Shown one piece after another: positions 30,697 to 39,427 of a DNA stretch of 64,000 bases. The translations under genes were made by a program, and so were the position numbers. The stretch is from an uncultured Bacteroidota bacterium (lineage in GTDB: Bacteria; CLD3; SB21; JBBIRG01), in contig CAYPIY010000006.1 of the NCBI GenBank assembly GCA_964410965.1, positions 135,222 to 199,221 on the forward strand, given 5' to 3'. The notes beneath the pieces are model-generated. The model searched no databases. It had not been told where the DNA came from and was given only the letters and a program-made list of their open reading frames with translations. Positions within the stretch are counted from its first letter, which is position 1, and each line of letters begins with the position of its first letter.

Positions 30697-31594
30697 TGCG
30701 GATGTAATTGTTACACAGGGGCCGTATTCGTCCTTTCTGGATGAAGTCGTAAGGGAGGATATTGTTCAGGGCGTCAGGCTGAATACCGTCATGCCCATCA
30801 AAGAAGGGGAAATAAGGCGGAAATTAAAGGAACTACATGAGCGCATATATCCTAAAACCCTATGGATCGATCTGAAAGCCCGTCAGTTAAGGGTGACTGA
30901 TTTCGCCAATACGCCCTATACAGCCGTATCCATTTCGCATAAAATCCATGTCAATCTTCCGGCGATAGTCTACTTCGATAACGGGAACATCACGGCAAAG
31001 CTTGTGGAAATCGACGGTACCCGCCTGATCCTTGAAGATTATGCCGGGCGGCTGATCGGACCCGGAGAATCCGTGAATATCATTGATCCTTCTTTGAAAT
31101 ACCTAGAACCGTCATTTCTGACTGAAAGAGACAAGGGATTTGTTGATGTCAGCCGCGATCTGCATATCGGCCATTTCATGCTATCCTTTGCTGAATCAGC
31201 CGCTGACGTCGAATTTCTCAAAAAATTATATCCGGATTGTGTGGTGATGGCCAAAATTGAAAGCAAAAAAGGAATGGATTCTCTGGAGTCTATTGCTGGT
31301 TCCTGCGGATGGATCATGGCCGCTCGCGGCGATCTGTATACTGAACTTGATTATCCCCATGAAATCGGCCCGGCTTTAAAACGTATCGTAAGTGTTGCCG
31401 GAGAAAAAGCGGTTGCAGCTTCGAGGATGTTCAACTCATTATTGAAGCATCCGGTTCCGTCCTGTCCGGATATGATGGATTTATTGTTTCTAAAGGATAT
31501 GCAATACAGACACTTTATGATTGGCGATGATATCTGCTTCAGGAAAGAAATGCTATTTCAGGCATTGCGGATCATGAAAGCAATTTTCAGATAA
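30689..31594 (+). CDS. Truncated pyruvate-kinase-like protein (PK A+B domains only, no C-terminal regulatory domain, divergent K+/substrate-site residues)
   Basis: Collinear PK blocks: IVTQGPYS (cf. IVCTIGPAS), RLNTVMP (cf. RLNFSHG), WIDLKARQLR (cf. LLDTKGPEIR), MAKIESKKG (cf. IAKIENQEG), MAARGDLY (cf. MVARGDLG), AASRMFNSL (cf. ATQMLESM). Only 301 aa. Confidence 0.6.
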   Translation: MNNADVIVTQGPYSSFLDEVVREDIVQGVRLNTVMPIKEGEIRRKLKELHERIYPKTLWIDLKARQLRVTDFANTPYTAVSISHKIHVNLPAIVYFDNGNITAKLVEIDGTRLILEDYAGRLIGPGESVNIIDPSLKYLEPSFLTERDKGFVDVSRDLHIGHFMLSFAESAADVEFLKKLYPDCVVMAKIESKKGMDSLESIAGSCGWIMAARGDLYTELDYPHEIGPALKRIVSVAGEKAVAASRMFNSLLKHPVPSCPDMMDLLFLKDMQYRHFMIGDDICFRKEMLFQALRIMKAIFR

Positions 31595-31625
31595 GTCAGG
31601 AATTAATTAAACAAAGGAGAATTTC

Positions 31626-32375
31626 ATGGAAATCCGGTTATTACTTCCGTTTCTTGTTTTTATTATAATATTCATTTTGGCCAGCACTATCAAGATTCTG
31701 CGCGAATACGAGCGCGGAGTTATTTTCCGGCTTGGGCGCCTGATTCAGGTAAAAGGTCCCGGGCTCATTATCCTGATTCCGGTTGTGGATAAGCTTGTAA
31801 AAGTGAGTCTGCGTACGGTGGTGATGGATGTACCTCCCCAGGATGTGATCACGCGCGACAACGTATCTGTACAGGTGAATGCCGTTATTTATTTCAGGGT
31901 CATTCTGCCGGATAAAGCCATCGTCGAGGTAGAAAATTACATCAGCGCGACATCGCAGCTTTCACAGACTACATTACGGAGCATCCTTGGTCAGTTCGAG
32001 CTGGATGATTTGCTTGCAGAAAGGGAAAAAATCAACAAACAACTGCAGGAAATCATCGACAGTCAGACTGAACCCTGGGGAATAAAGGTAAGCGCCGTTG
32101 AAGTCAAGCATATTGACCTCCCTCAGGAAATGAAACGTGCAATGGCCAAACAGGCCGAGGCCGAAAGGGAAAGGCGGGCTAAAGTCATCGCTGCGGACGG
32201 GGAATTGCAGGCGTCCTACAAGCTTACCGAGGCATCCGAAATTATCAGCCGATCGCCGGCGGCTCTTCAGCTTCGCTATCTGCAAACCCTGGCCGAAATT
32301 GCGACCGAGAATAACTCCACTACGATTTTTCCGATTCCGATCGATTTTTTGAAAGCGTTTATGGAGAGAAAATAA
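31626..32375 (+). CDS. SPFH/band-7 (stomatin-like) membrane-microdomain protein
   Basis: N-terminal TM followed by the SPFH core ([14 protein letters not shown]…[34 protein letters not shown]) and a coiled-coil tail. AAAGGAG RBS. Confidence 0.85.
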   Translation: MEIRLLLPFLVFIIIFILASTIKILREYERGVIFRLGRLIQVKGPGLIILIPVVDKLVKVSLRTVVMDVPPQDVITRDNVSVQVNAVIYFRVILPDKAIVEVENYISATSQLSQTTLRSILGQFELDDLLAEREKINKQLQEIIDSQTEPWGIKVSAVEVKHIDLPQEMKRAMAKQAEAERERRAKVIAADGELQASYKLTEASEIISRSPAALQLRYLQTLAEIATENNSTTIFPIPIDFLKAFMERK

Positions 32376-32387
32376 TCATCTCTTGAC

Positions 32388-32777
32388 TTATTGTTGAGGT
32401 TCAAGTACTGATTGAACCAGTGTCTTGAATTTTTGAGTATCAAATGGTTTGCTGACGTACATATCGCATCCAGAATTGATGATTTTTTCCTCGTCACCCT
32501 TCATAGCATGCGCGGTTAAAGCGATGATGGGAATAGCTTTTGTCCGATTGTCGTTTTTCAATCTACGGGCTACCTCATAGCCGTCAATTTTCGGAATCTG
32601 AATATCCAGGACAATGAGATCTGGAATATGGGATTCGGCGAGAGTCAGCGCCTCTTCTCCGTTAACAGCCTCAATAAAACAATAATTGTCATTTTTCAGA
32701 GTCAGTTTGATCAGTCGCATGTTGACCGGATTATCTTCCACTAATAAAATCTTTTTCGGCATGCGGGATTCCTTCAT
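32388..32777 (-). CDS. Stand-alone response-regulator receiver (CheY-like) protein
   Basis: 129 aa. Acceptor Asp block LIVLDIQIPKIDGYE. No output domain. Confidence 0.8.
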   Translation of the reverse strand: MKESRMPKKILLVEDNPVNMRLIKLTLKNDNYCFIEAVNGEEALTLAESHIPDLIVLDIQIPKIDGYEVARRLKNDNRTKAIPIIALTAHAMKGDEEKIINSGCDMYVSKPFDTQKFKTLVQSVLEPQQ

Positions 32778-35700
32778 TTAATTTATTAATCTTCTGATTT
32801 CAACTGCCAGATCCTCGGGCTGATAAGAAGTTTTTTCGATCAGGCCCTGTATCTTTCCCTCCAGCGTCTGTGTGTCCTTTTTTGTCAGGTTTGCGGCGGT
32901 TAGAATTACTATCGGCAGATGCTGGGTATTGGGATTCTGCTTAATCTGTTCGATCACCTCGACTCCGTTCATGCCCGGCATCAGCAGATCAAGCAGAACA
33001 ACGTCCGGCATGACTGATTTGAGCAATTCGAGTGCTTCCGGCCCGCTGGATGCTTTATAAACGGTGAATCCCTGTCTTTCAAGAAGGGTCCCGGTTACCA
33101 TAAGAAATCCTTTATCATCGTCCACGATTAGGATATTTCTGATCTCTTTCGTGAAAGTGCCAAGTTCGGATAATTCCTTGATTCTGGAGAGCAGTTTATC
33201 TCGTTCCACGGGCTTGACAAAATAATCATGAGCATGAATCCTGAAAACATGGTCATCATCAGTGGCTGATACGATGAGGACGGGGATATTGGCTGTCTGA
33301 GGATCAGACTTCAGTTCCTGCAGCACCTGCCATCCGTTGATTCCCGGCAGCATGATGTCTAGGGTGATCACCATAGGCTGTATGCGCTTGGCCTCGGAAA
33401 CTACATATTCACCCAGGTGGACGACGTGAACCTCATAGCCTTCCGTTTCCATAAATTTCTTCAAGAATCCCGCAGAAATGGAGTCATCTTCGACCACAAG
33501 CACTCGCTTGCTGCGGGATGTTCCATGGGCGGCCTGGTGTATTCCGTTTGCGCCTTCGATAGTAAATGAGGTTTCCACAGGAATGCGGAAATAAAAACGG
33601 CTTCCTTTTCCCGGTTCACTTGTGACCCGGATATTTCCTCCCTGAAGTTCGACCAGATGACGGCATAGTGCCAGCCCCAGTCCTGTGCCTGAATCTTCCC
33701 GGGTATGACTTCCGTCGGCCTGGCGGAACTCGTCAAAGATGATGTTCAGATGTTCGGGATTGATTCCCTTGCCGTGATCGGTAACGCTGATCTGAATCCA
33801 GCGGAAAGGATCTTCAGAAACGATTTCAGCATCAATCTCGATTGCGCTTTGCGGCGGCGAATACTTGCTTGCGTTACTGATAAGATTGCTGAGGATCTGC
33901 TTGAATTTTTTAATGTCCGCATGAACCATCGGAAAATTCTCAGGTATCCGTGCGACGATTCTTTGTTCTTTGTTCCTCAGCACAGAAGCCAATCCTCGTT
34001 CAACGGATGATATGATATCGGCAAGAAGGAAATCTTCCATGAAAAGGTCCATTTTTCCCGCCTGGATCTTCGACAGGTCCAGGATATCGTTAATAATGTT
34101 CAGCAGGTGTTTTCCGCTGGCGTGAATATCCTCCAGGCAATCCTCCTGATCGCTATTAAGGTTTCCGAGTACTTTGTCCAACAGCAACTCAGAGAATCCG
34201 ATGACTGCATTGAGAGGAGTCCGGAGTTCATGACTGATATTGGACAGAAACTGCGATTTCAGCCGGTCCGTTTCCAGGATACGCTCGTTCAATTCGCGGA
34301 GCTGACGGGTGCGGTCATCGACTTTTCGTTCAAGGGTCGAATACCATTTGATGTTCTGCAATGCCACGGAGGCACGGCTGGTAAGAGCCGAGCATAATTT
34401 CAGATCGTCCGGACTGATCGCGTGGGAGGATTTTGAGGATTCAATAACGAGCGCACCGGTGATATAATCCTCTTCCGTAAAGAAGGTAACGACAGAGGAG
34501 AGGGTACGCAATGGATATGCGTGTTGCAGTTTAGTGAACTGATCCAGGCTGTCGGGCCGGTCTTTGCTGAATAAAATGCCATGATTCTGCAGAATCGCCC
34601 ACCCGATGTGTGTTTCTTCCACAGACCGGATCACATCCGGGAGACGCTCTGAAGGTATCCCTCGCTGAAAGGGTATGGTCCATTTACCGGAGGAAGTGTT
34701 CCTGAAAAGCAAGTAACCCCGGTCAGCCGCAGGAATCCCATGAAGTGCAGAAGTCAGGCATTCCAGAAGAATCTCATCCTGATGGCGAAGGTTGATGATT
34801 CTTGAATTGAACTGGTACAGGATTTCAAGTTCAGTGGTATGCTTCCGGATCGATTCAAGAAGATTGGCATTTTCAATAAGCATGGCGGCTTGGGAAGCAA
34901 ACAGGCTGAGCAGGCGAAGGTCATCATCTTTAAAAGCGTTCGTAAATGAAAAATTTTCAAGTGAAATAGTTCCGATCAGCTTATTCTGGTATTTGAGGAT
35001 GGTGGTGATCGCCGATTTGATTTCCGCGTCTGTAGAATGCTCTGTATCCGTCAGGAATCGTTTTGCGTCTGGATGAAGCATATCGGGGACGACAAGATCC
35101 CTTTGTTCCTGGAACGCAATTCCGGAATAACCCTTACCCACTGGAAGCGAGAAATGACTGATATATTCGTCCGTATATCCATGTTGCGCCAGGACTTCAA
35201 GTTTCTGGTTTTTGGCGTTATAAAGAAGTAAGGATCCTTTTTCCGCATTTGGAACCGCCTGAATGGCATAATCGATGATCATCTGCATCAGGGGTTTGGT
35301 TTCATGAGTCGACATCAGATGAGTACTCAGACGGTAAAGGTTCTCAAATTTATGGATGCGGTGTCGGATCATTTCTTCCAACTGTCCGTTTTCGCATTCG
35401 GTTGCCCATTGTCCGGCAATCAACTGCAGAATCCGGGAATCCTTCTCGGTAAGACTTGACTGGGCTCCGGACTGCAGGGCGGTGACTCCGATTATTTTTC
35501 CGCTGGCTCTGATCGGTACGCCGACAAACGGTTTGGTGAACAACTGCTTGGCGCAGAATGTTGCGGACAGAGACCATCTTTTGCAGTCACTGATAATCTG
35601 ATTGGACAATAAAGGGGTTTGTTCATAAAAAATTTTTTTTGCCACATCATCGAGAACAATGATATCGGAAGTCTGAATGTCCTGTCCCATTTTATATTCA

Positions 35701-35822
35701 AGCTCGAGTGTAAAACGATCGGATTGGTCGTCATACAACAGTATCCAGCACTGATCAACCTGGAAAAATTCCTGAATGCGTTCCAGCAATTTTACGGCAT
35801 ATATGGAAAAATGTGAGGGCAT
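32778..35822 (-). CDS. Cytoplasmic hybrid sensor histidine kinase with tandem GAF domains, HisKA, HATPase_c and two C-terminal receiver domains
   Basis: 1014 aa. H-box ISHELRTPLNAVIGFSELL, G-boxes (GTGLGL). Two receiver modules (VLVVEDD…ITLDIMLPGINGW and ILIVDDD…VLLDLLMPGMNGVE). No TM. Confidence 0.85.
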   Translation of the reverse strand: MPSHFSIYAVKLLERIQEFFQVDQCWILLYDDQSDRFTLELEYKMGQDIQTSDIIVLDDVAKKIFYEQTPLLSNQIISDCKRWSLSATFCAKQLFTKPFVGVPIRASGKIIGVTALQSGAQSSLTEKDSRILQLIAGQWATECENGQLEEMIRHRIHKFENLYRLSTHLMSTHETKPLMQMIIDYAIQAVPNAEKGSLLLYNAKNQKLEVLAQHGYTDEYISHFSLPVGKGYSGIAFQEQRDLVVPDMLHPDAKRFLTDTEHSTDAEIKSAITTILKYQNKLIGTISLENFSFTNAFKDDDLRLLSLFASQAAMLIENANLLESIRKHTTELEILYQFNSRIINLRHQDEILLECLTSALHGIPAADRGYLLFRNTSSGKWTIPFQRGIPSERLPDVIRSVEETHIGWAILQNHGILFSKDRPDSLDQFTKLQHAYPLRTLSSVVTFFTEEDYITGALVIESSKSSHAISPDDLKLCSALTSRASVALQNIKWYSTLERKVDDRTRQLRELNERILETDRLKSQFLSNISHELRTPLNAVIGFSELLLDKVLGNLNSDQEDCLEDIHASGKHLLNIINDILDLSKIQAGKMDLFMEDFLLADIISSVERGLASVLRNKEQRIVARIPENFPMVHADIKKFKQILSNLISNASKYSPPQSAIEIDAEIVSEDPFRWIQISVTDHGKGINPEHLNIIFDEFRQADGSHTREDSGTGLGLALCRHLVELQGGNIRVTSEPGKGSRFYFRIPVETSFTIEGANGIHQAAHGTSRSKRVLVVEDDSISAGFLKKFMETEGYEVHVVHLGEYVVSEAKRIQPMVITLDIMLPGINGWQVLQELKSDPQTANIPVLIVSATDDDHVFRIHAHDYFVKPVERDKLLSRIKELSELGTFTKEIRNILIVDDDKGFLMVTGTLLERQGFTVYKASSGPEALELLKSVMPDVVLLDLLMPGMNGVEVIEQIKQNPNTQHLPIVILTAANLTKKDTQTLEGKIQGLIEKTSYQPEDLAVEIRRLIN

Positions 35823-36014
35823 TTGTTGTTTATTCTCCGGTCACGGAGTTACTGGATGAGACTCCCGTGGGAGAAGTTAGTCAAGAAAATGAAATTATTC
35901 AAGCATAATTTCATATCGCGTACAATTATGAACAAACTGAAATAAGGAATTGTATTTTGATTATATTCATATAAATTGATATTAAGTTAACATTTACAGA
36001 CCTACCTTGAGGAT

Positions 36015-37379
36015 ATGACAATGAATCGCATTGAGTTAGATTACAGCAATATCGTTGATTTCATCGATGAAAATGAATTGTTTGCTTATCAGTCCCGTGT
36101 GGATTTGCTGCATAAAAAGCTTCATGATAAGTCGGGAGCTGGAAATGAATTTTTAGGATGGCTTGACCTCCCGGACCGGATCAGGGAGGATGAAATCAGC
36201 CGTATTCAGTCTGTGGCCGACGATGTGCGGAAATCTGCCGAAGCGTTTGTGGTTGTCGGAATCGGCGGATCCTATCTAGGGGCACGGGCCGTCATCGAGG
36301 CATTGTCACACAGTTTCAGCGCTCAAATGGGTATAAAGCCTGTGGTGTATTATGCCGGACAAAACATGAGCGGAAAATATTTAAGCGATCTACTGGAAGT
36401 AATAAGAAAAAAAAACTGCGTTGTGAATGTGATATCCAAATCCGGAACAACCACTGAACCGGCGTTGGCTTTGCGCCTGATCGGGCAGGAACTGATCAAA
36501 AGAAACGGAGCTGCGAGCCTCAAAAAAACCATGATCGCCACGACCGATGTTTCGAAAGGATCACTGCGGAAGATGGCGGATGCGGCTGGCTTGACTACTT
36601 TCGTGATTCCCGATGATGTTGGCGGTCGGTTTTCTGTATTGACGCCGGTCGGACTTCTCCCGATTGCCGCAGCCGGGATTTCGGTACGGGATTTGTTACG
36701 GGGTGCGAAGGACATGTCGGATATGCTTCAGGAAAAAGATCTTGGTAAAAACCCGGCTTATATGTACGCTGTGATCCGCCAGGCACTTTATCAAAGCGGT
36801 AAAGCCATCGAGATACTTTCCAATTTCGAACCCGGGCTGCATTACATGTCCGAATGGTGGAAACAATTATACGGCGAAAGCGAGGGAAAACAGCACAGGG
36901 CGCTTTTTACCGCCTCCGTTGATTTTTCAACCGATCTTCATTCGATGGGCCAGTGGATCCAGGACGGCGTGCGGAACATATTTGAGACGTTTCTGATGGT
37001 CAAAAAGCATCCTTCTGAAGTTGCGGTACCCGGGCTTGACACGGATTACGACGGATTCAATTTTCTTGCCGGTCAGACATTTGACGCAGTCAATGAGCGG
37101 GCGTATGAAGGCGTGAGACTTGCGCACAGGGAAGGGGGCGTGCCAAACATGACCTTAACCTTGCCTGAACTGAACGCGTACTTTCTCGGACAACTTATTT
37201 ACTTTTTTGAAAAAGCCTGCGCAATCAGCGGATATTTGCTGGACATCAATCCGTTTGATCAGCCTGGTGTAGAACAGTATAAAACGAATATGTTCGCGCT
37301 GCTTGGCAAAAAAGGCTACGAGGAAAAAACAAAATCCATAAAATCCACACTCGCAAAAACTGAGACAAAAAAAATATAA
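36015..37379 (+). CDS. pgi: Glucose-6-phosphate isomerase (short, ~450-aa bacterial type)
   Basis: SIS-domain motifs (VVVGIGGSYLG, ISKSGTTTE) and catalytic region (GESEGK-like). Confidence 0.85.
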   Translation: MTMNRIELDYSNIVDFIDENELFAYQSRVDLLHKKLHDKSGAGNEFLGWLDLPDRIREDEISRIQSVADDVRKSAEAFVVVGIGGSYLGARAVIEALSHSFSAQMGIKPVVYYAGQNMSGKYLSDLLEVIRKKNCVVNVISKSGTTTEPALALRLIGQELIKRNGAASLKKTMIATTDVSKGSLRKMADAAGLTTFVIPDDVGGRFSVLTPVGLLPIAAAGISVRDLLRGAKDMSDMLQEKDLGKNPAYMYAVIRQALYQSGKAIEILSNFEPGLHYMSEWWKQLYGESEGKQHRALFTASVDFSTDLHSMGQWIQDGVRNIFETFLMVKKHPSEVAVPGLDTDYDGFNFLAGQTFDAVNERAYEGVRLAHREGGVPNMTLTLPELNAYFLGQLIYFFEKACAISGYLLDINPFDQPGVEQYKTNMFALLGKKGYEEKTKSIKSTLAKTETKKI

Positions 37380-37692
37380 AAGATTTGACATTGAAAAAAA
37401 AAATCATTAATAAAATTCTGAGGGATAAAGGCAATCGGAATGGAGGTCATCCCTTAAAAAAGTTTCTTAGAAGAAAGATATTAATACTTAAAAGCGGAAT
37501 CAGTAAATCCGGTTTGTCGTGACCGCGAGAACGGCAAATGGAATTTGTACGAATGCGATTTATCGTGTTCTGAGAGCCTGTAGCAAATATCATTTATTTG
37601 GAGTTTCGGCTGAGTAAGTCATGGCAGTGAGTCATACGAAAGAACATAATTTTACCTTACCTGTACCTCATGTTCATTAGAAAGAGAATGAG

Positions 37693-39396
37693 ATGAAAAA
37701 GCCAACCCATTTTTCAAAAAATCCCCAAGACCAGTATTTCAAGAAAAAAAACAAGCAAAGCTATGATTACAATTCCCAGGACGGTGTGATAAAAACCGGA
37801 CAGGGAAAATCAAAATTTAATTCATACAACAAATTCGATTCGCGCTGGGTGTATCAGGATGATAAAGTTACTAATTCTGTTGATGAGAATACTGACGGGA
37901 ACACGAAATATGTCACTCCGGCCAGCAAACCGACCGGTTTTTTCAAGAAAGATTTTCAGAAAAAAGGAAAAGTGTTCAATAAATTCAAAAAGCCAGGATT
38001 TGTACAGAAAACAAAGAAAAAGAAAAGACCCGAGGATGATCCTTATCCGCAGTCGAAGGTTAACCGCGTATCACTGGAGATCCTGGAAGAATATGAAACC
38101 AACAATCTTTCCCTGGAATCCATGTGCAGAACTTATTATGAAAAATATCAGGATAGTCTGAAGGCTAAGGACCGGCCCCAGGTTTTTAAAACCGTTTTTT
38201 ATGTCGTTCGTTGGCGCAAGCGGCTTGATTACCTGATATCAAAGGTTATCGGGGAAAAAGAATTTGAGCAATTTGACCTGACCTTGCGGAATATATACCG
38301 CCTGGCGGCGTATGACCTCATGTTCATGCACCGCACGCTGGAACATGCGATCCTTTTGGCTCATTTTGTTCTTCCGGATTATTATGCCTCCTACCGAGAT
38401 GGCATGGAAGAATTCATCAAGGGTTTTCAGGAAAATTACAAAAAGGTATCCTATCCTGATCCGTTCGGCGATCTGACTACTCTGTTATCTGTCCGGTATT
38501 CGCATCCGGAATGGATTGTTAAGAGGTGGATGAACCGGTTTGGTGAATTTGAGACTCGCTCCCTGCTGGGATACCATAATTCTGATAAACCCCATGTGGT
38601 ACGGGTTAACCGGTTGAAGAGCGGGGTTGAGAGAGTTAAGCTCTTTCTTGAGCAGGCGGGTTATTCAGTAACCAAGCATCCTCTTATGAAATACGGACTG
38701 TTTGTGGCCGGTGAAAAAAAATTATACACGAAAGAGGCCTACATTAACGGTGAATTCTTCATCATGGACGACGCACCGCAGATTGTTGTGGAATGGGCTT
38801 CACCAAAACCGGATGATATTGTCATCGATGCCTGCGCCGGGTCAGGGGAAAAGTCGCTCGCGTTATCCGGCATTATGGGAAATAAAGGAAAAATCATATC
38901 CGTCGAATTTGAGTCGGTATTGATTGAACGCTTCAGGGAACAAATAAACTTGTCTGGATATTCGAATATCGAAATTGTTTCACCTGAAGACATTGCAGGA
39001 TATCTTTCCAGATCTGAACATCCGCTGGCCGACAAAGTAATCGTTGACGCACCGAACAGCCAGTTGGGAAACGTGATCCGGAAACCGGAGGCAAAATGGC
39101 ACCTGACAGAAGATCAATTAAACGATTTTGCCAAAGACCAGCTGACCCATCTGGGCTTTTACGCCCAGTTTGTCAAACCCGGAGGAGAACTCATTTATTC
39201 CGTAACATCGATTGAACCCGAGGAAAACGATGGCGTAATCGATGCATTCCTGAAGACAAATGACCAGTTTGAACAGGTAACCGAACACGATACGGCATTT
39301 AAAGATGTTCTTTCATCCAAAGGTTGTATATACATCGAACCACACAAGCATAATCTATGCGGTTTATTTGCATGCAAATTCAGACGGAAGCAATAA
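37693..39396 (+). CDS. rsmB: RsmB/Sun-family 16S rRNA m5C methyltransferase with ~120-aa Lys-rich disordered N-terminal extension
   Basis: NusB-like RNA-binding domain followed by the SAM-MTase motif DACAGSGEKS (cf. DxCAAPGGK) and the catalytic region PGGELIYSVTS. The N-terminus is extremely K-rich (KKKNKQ…KKKKRP). Confidence 0.7.
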   Translation: MKKPTHFSKNPQDQYFKKKNKQSYDYNSQDGVIKTGQGKSKFNSYNKFDSRWVYQDDKVTNSVDENTDGNTKYVTPASKPTGFFKKDFQKKGKVFNKFKKPGFVQKTKKKKRPEDDPYPQSKVNRVSLEILEEYETNNLSLESMCRTYYEKYQDSLKAKDRPQVFKTVFYVVRWRKRLDYLISKVIGEKEFEQFDLTLRNIYRLAAYDLMFMHRTLEHAILLAHFVLPDYYASYRDGMEEFIKGFQENYKKVSYPDPFGDLTTLLSVRYSHPEWIVKRWMNRFGEFETRSLLGYHNSDKPHVVRVNRLKSGVERVKLFLEQAGYSVTKHPLMKYGLFVAGEKKLYTKEAYINGEFFIMDDAPQIVVEWASPKPDDIVIDACAGSGEKSLALSGIMGNKGKIISVEFESVLIERFREQINLSGYSNIEIVSPEDIAGYLSRSEHPLADKVIVDAPNSQLGNVIRKPEAKWHLTEDQLNDFAKDQLTHLGFYAQFVKPGGELIYSVTSIEPEENDGVIDAFLKTNDQFEQVTEHDTAFKDVLSSKGCIYIEPHKHNLCGLFACKFRRKQ

Positions 39397-39427
39397 ACAA
39401 GAAAAAGTTTATTGGAAAAGGCCACAA

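Noticed and set aside
30689-31594. Annotating the PK-like gene as glycolytic pyruvate kinase (pyk)
   Set aside because: Only ~300 aa, with no C-terminal domain and altered cation/substrate-site residues. It sits in a kinase/vWA/SPFH operon rather than a glycolytic context.
39305-39427. Upstream extension of the saccharopine-dehydrogenase-like gene overlapping the rsmB 3' end
   Set aside because: The Rossmann GxGxxG lies directly after the internal Met at 39428. The extension overlaps the upstream gene by 92 nt and encodes no recognisable sequence.
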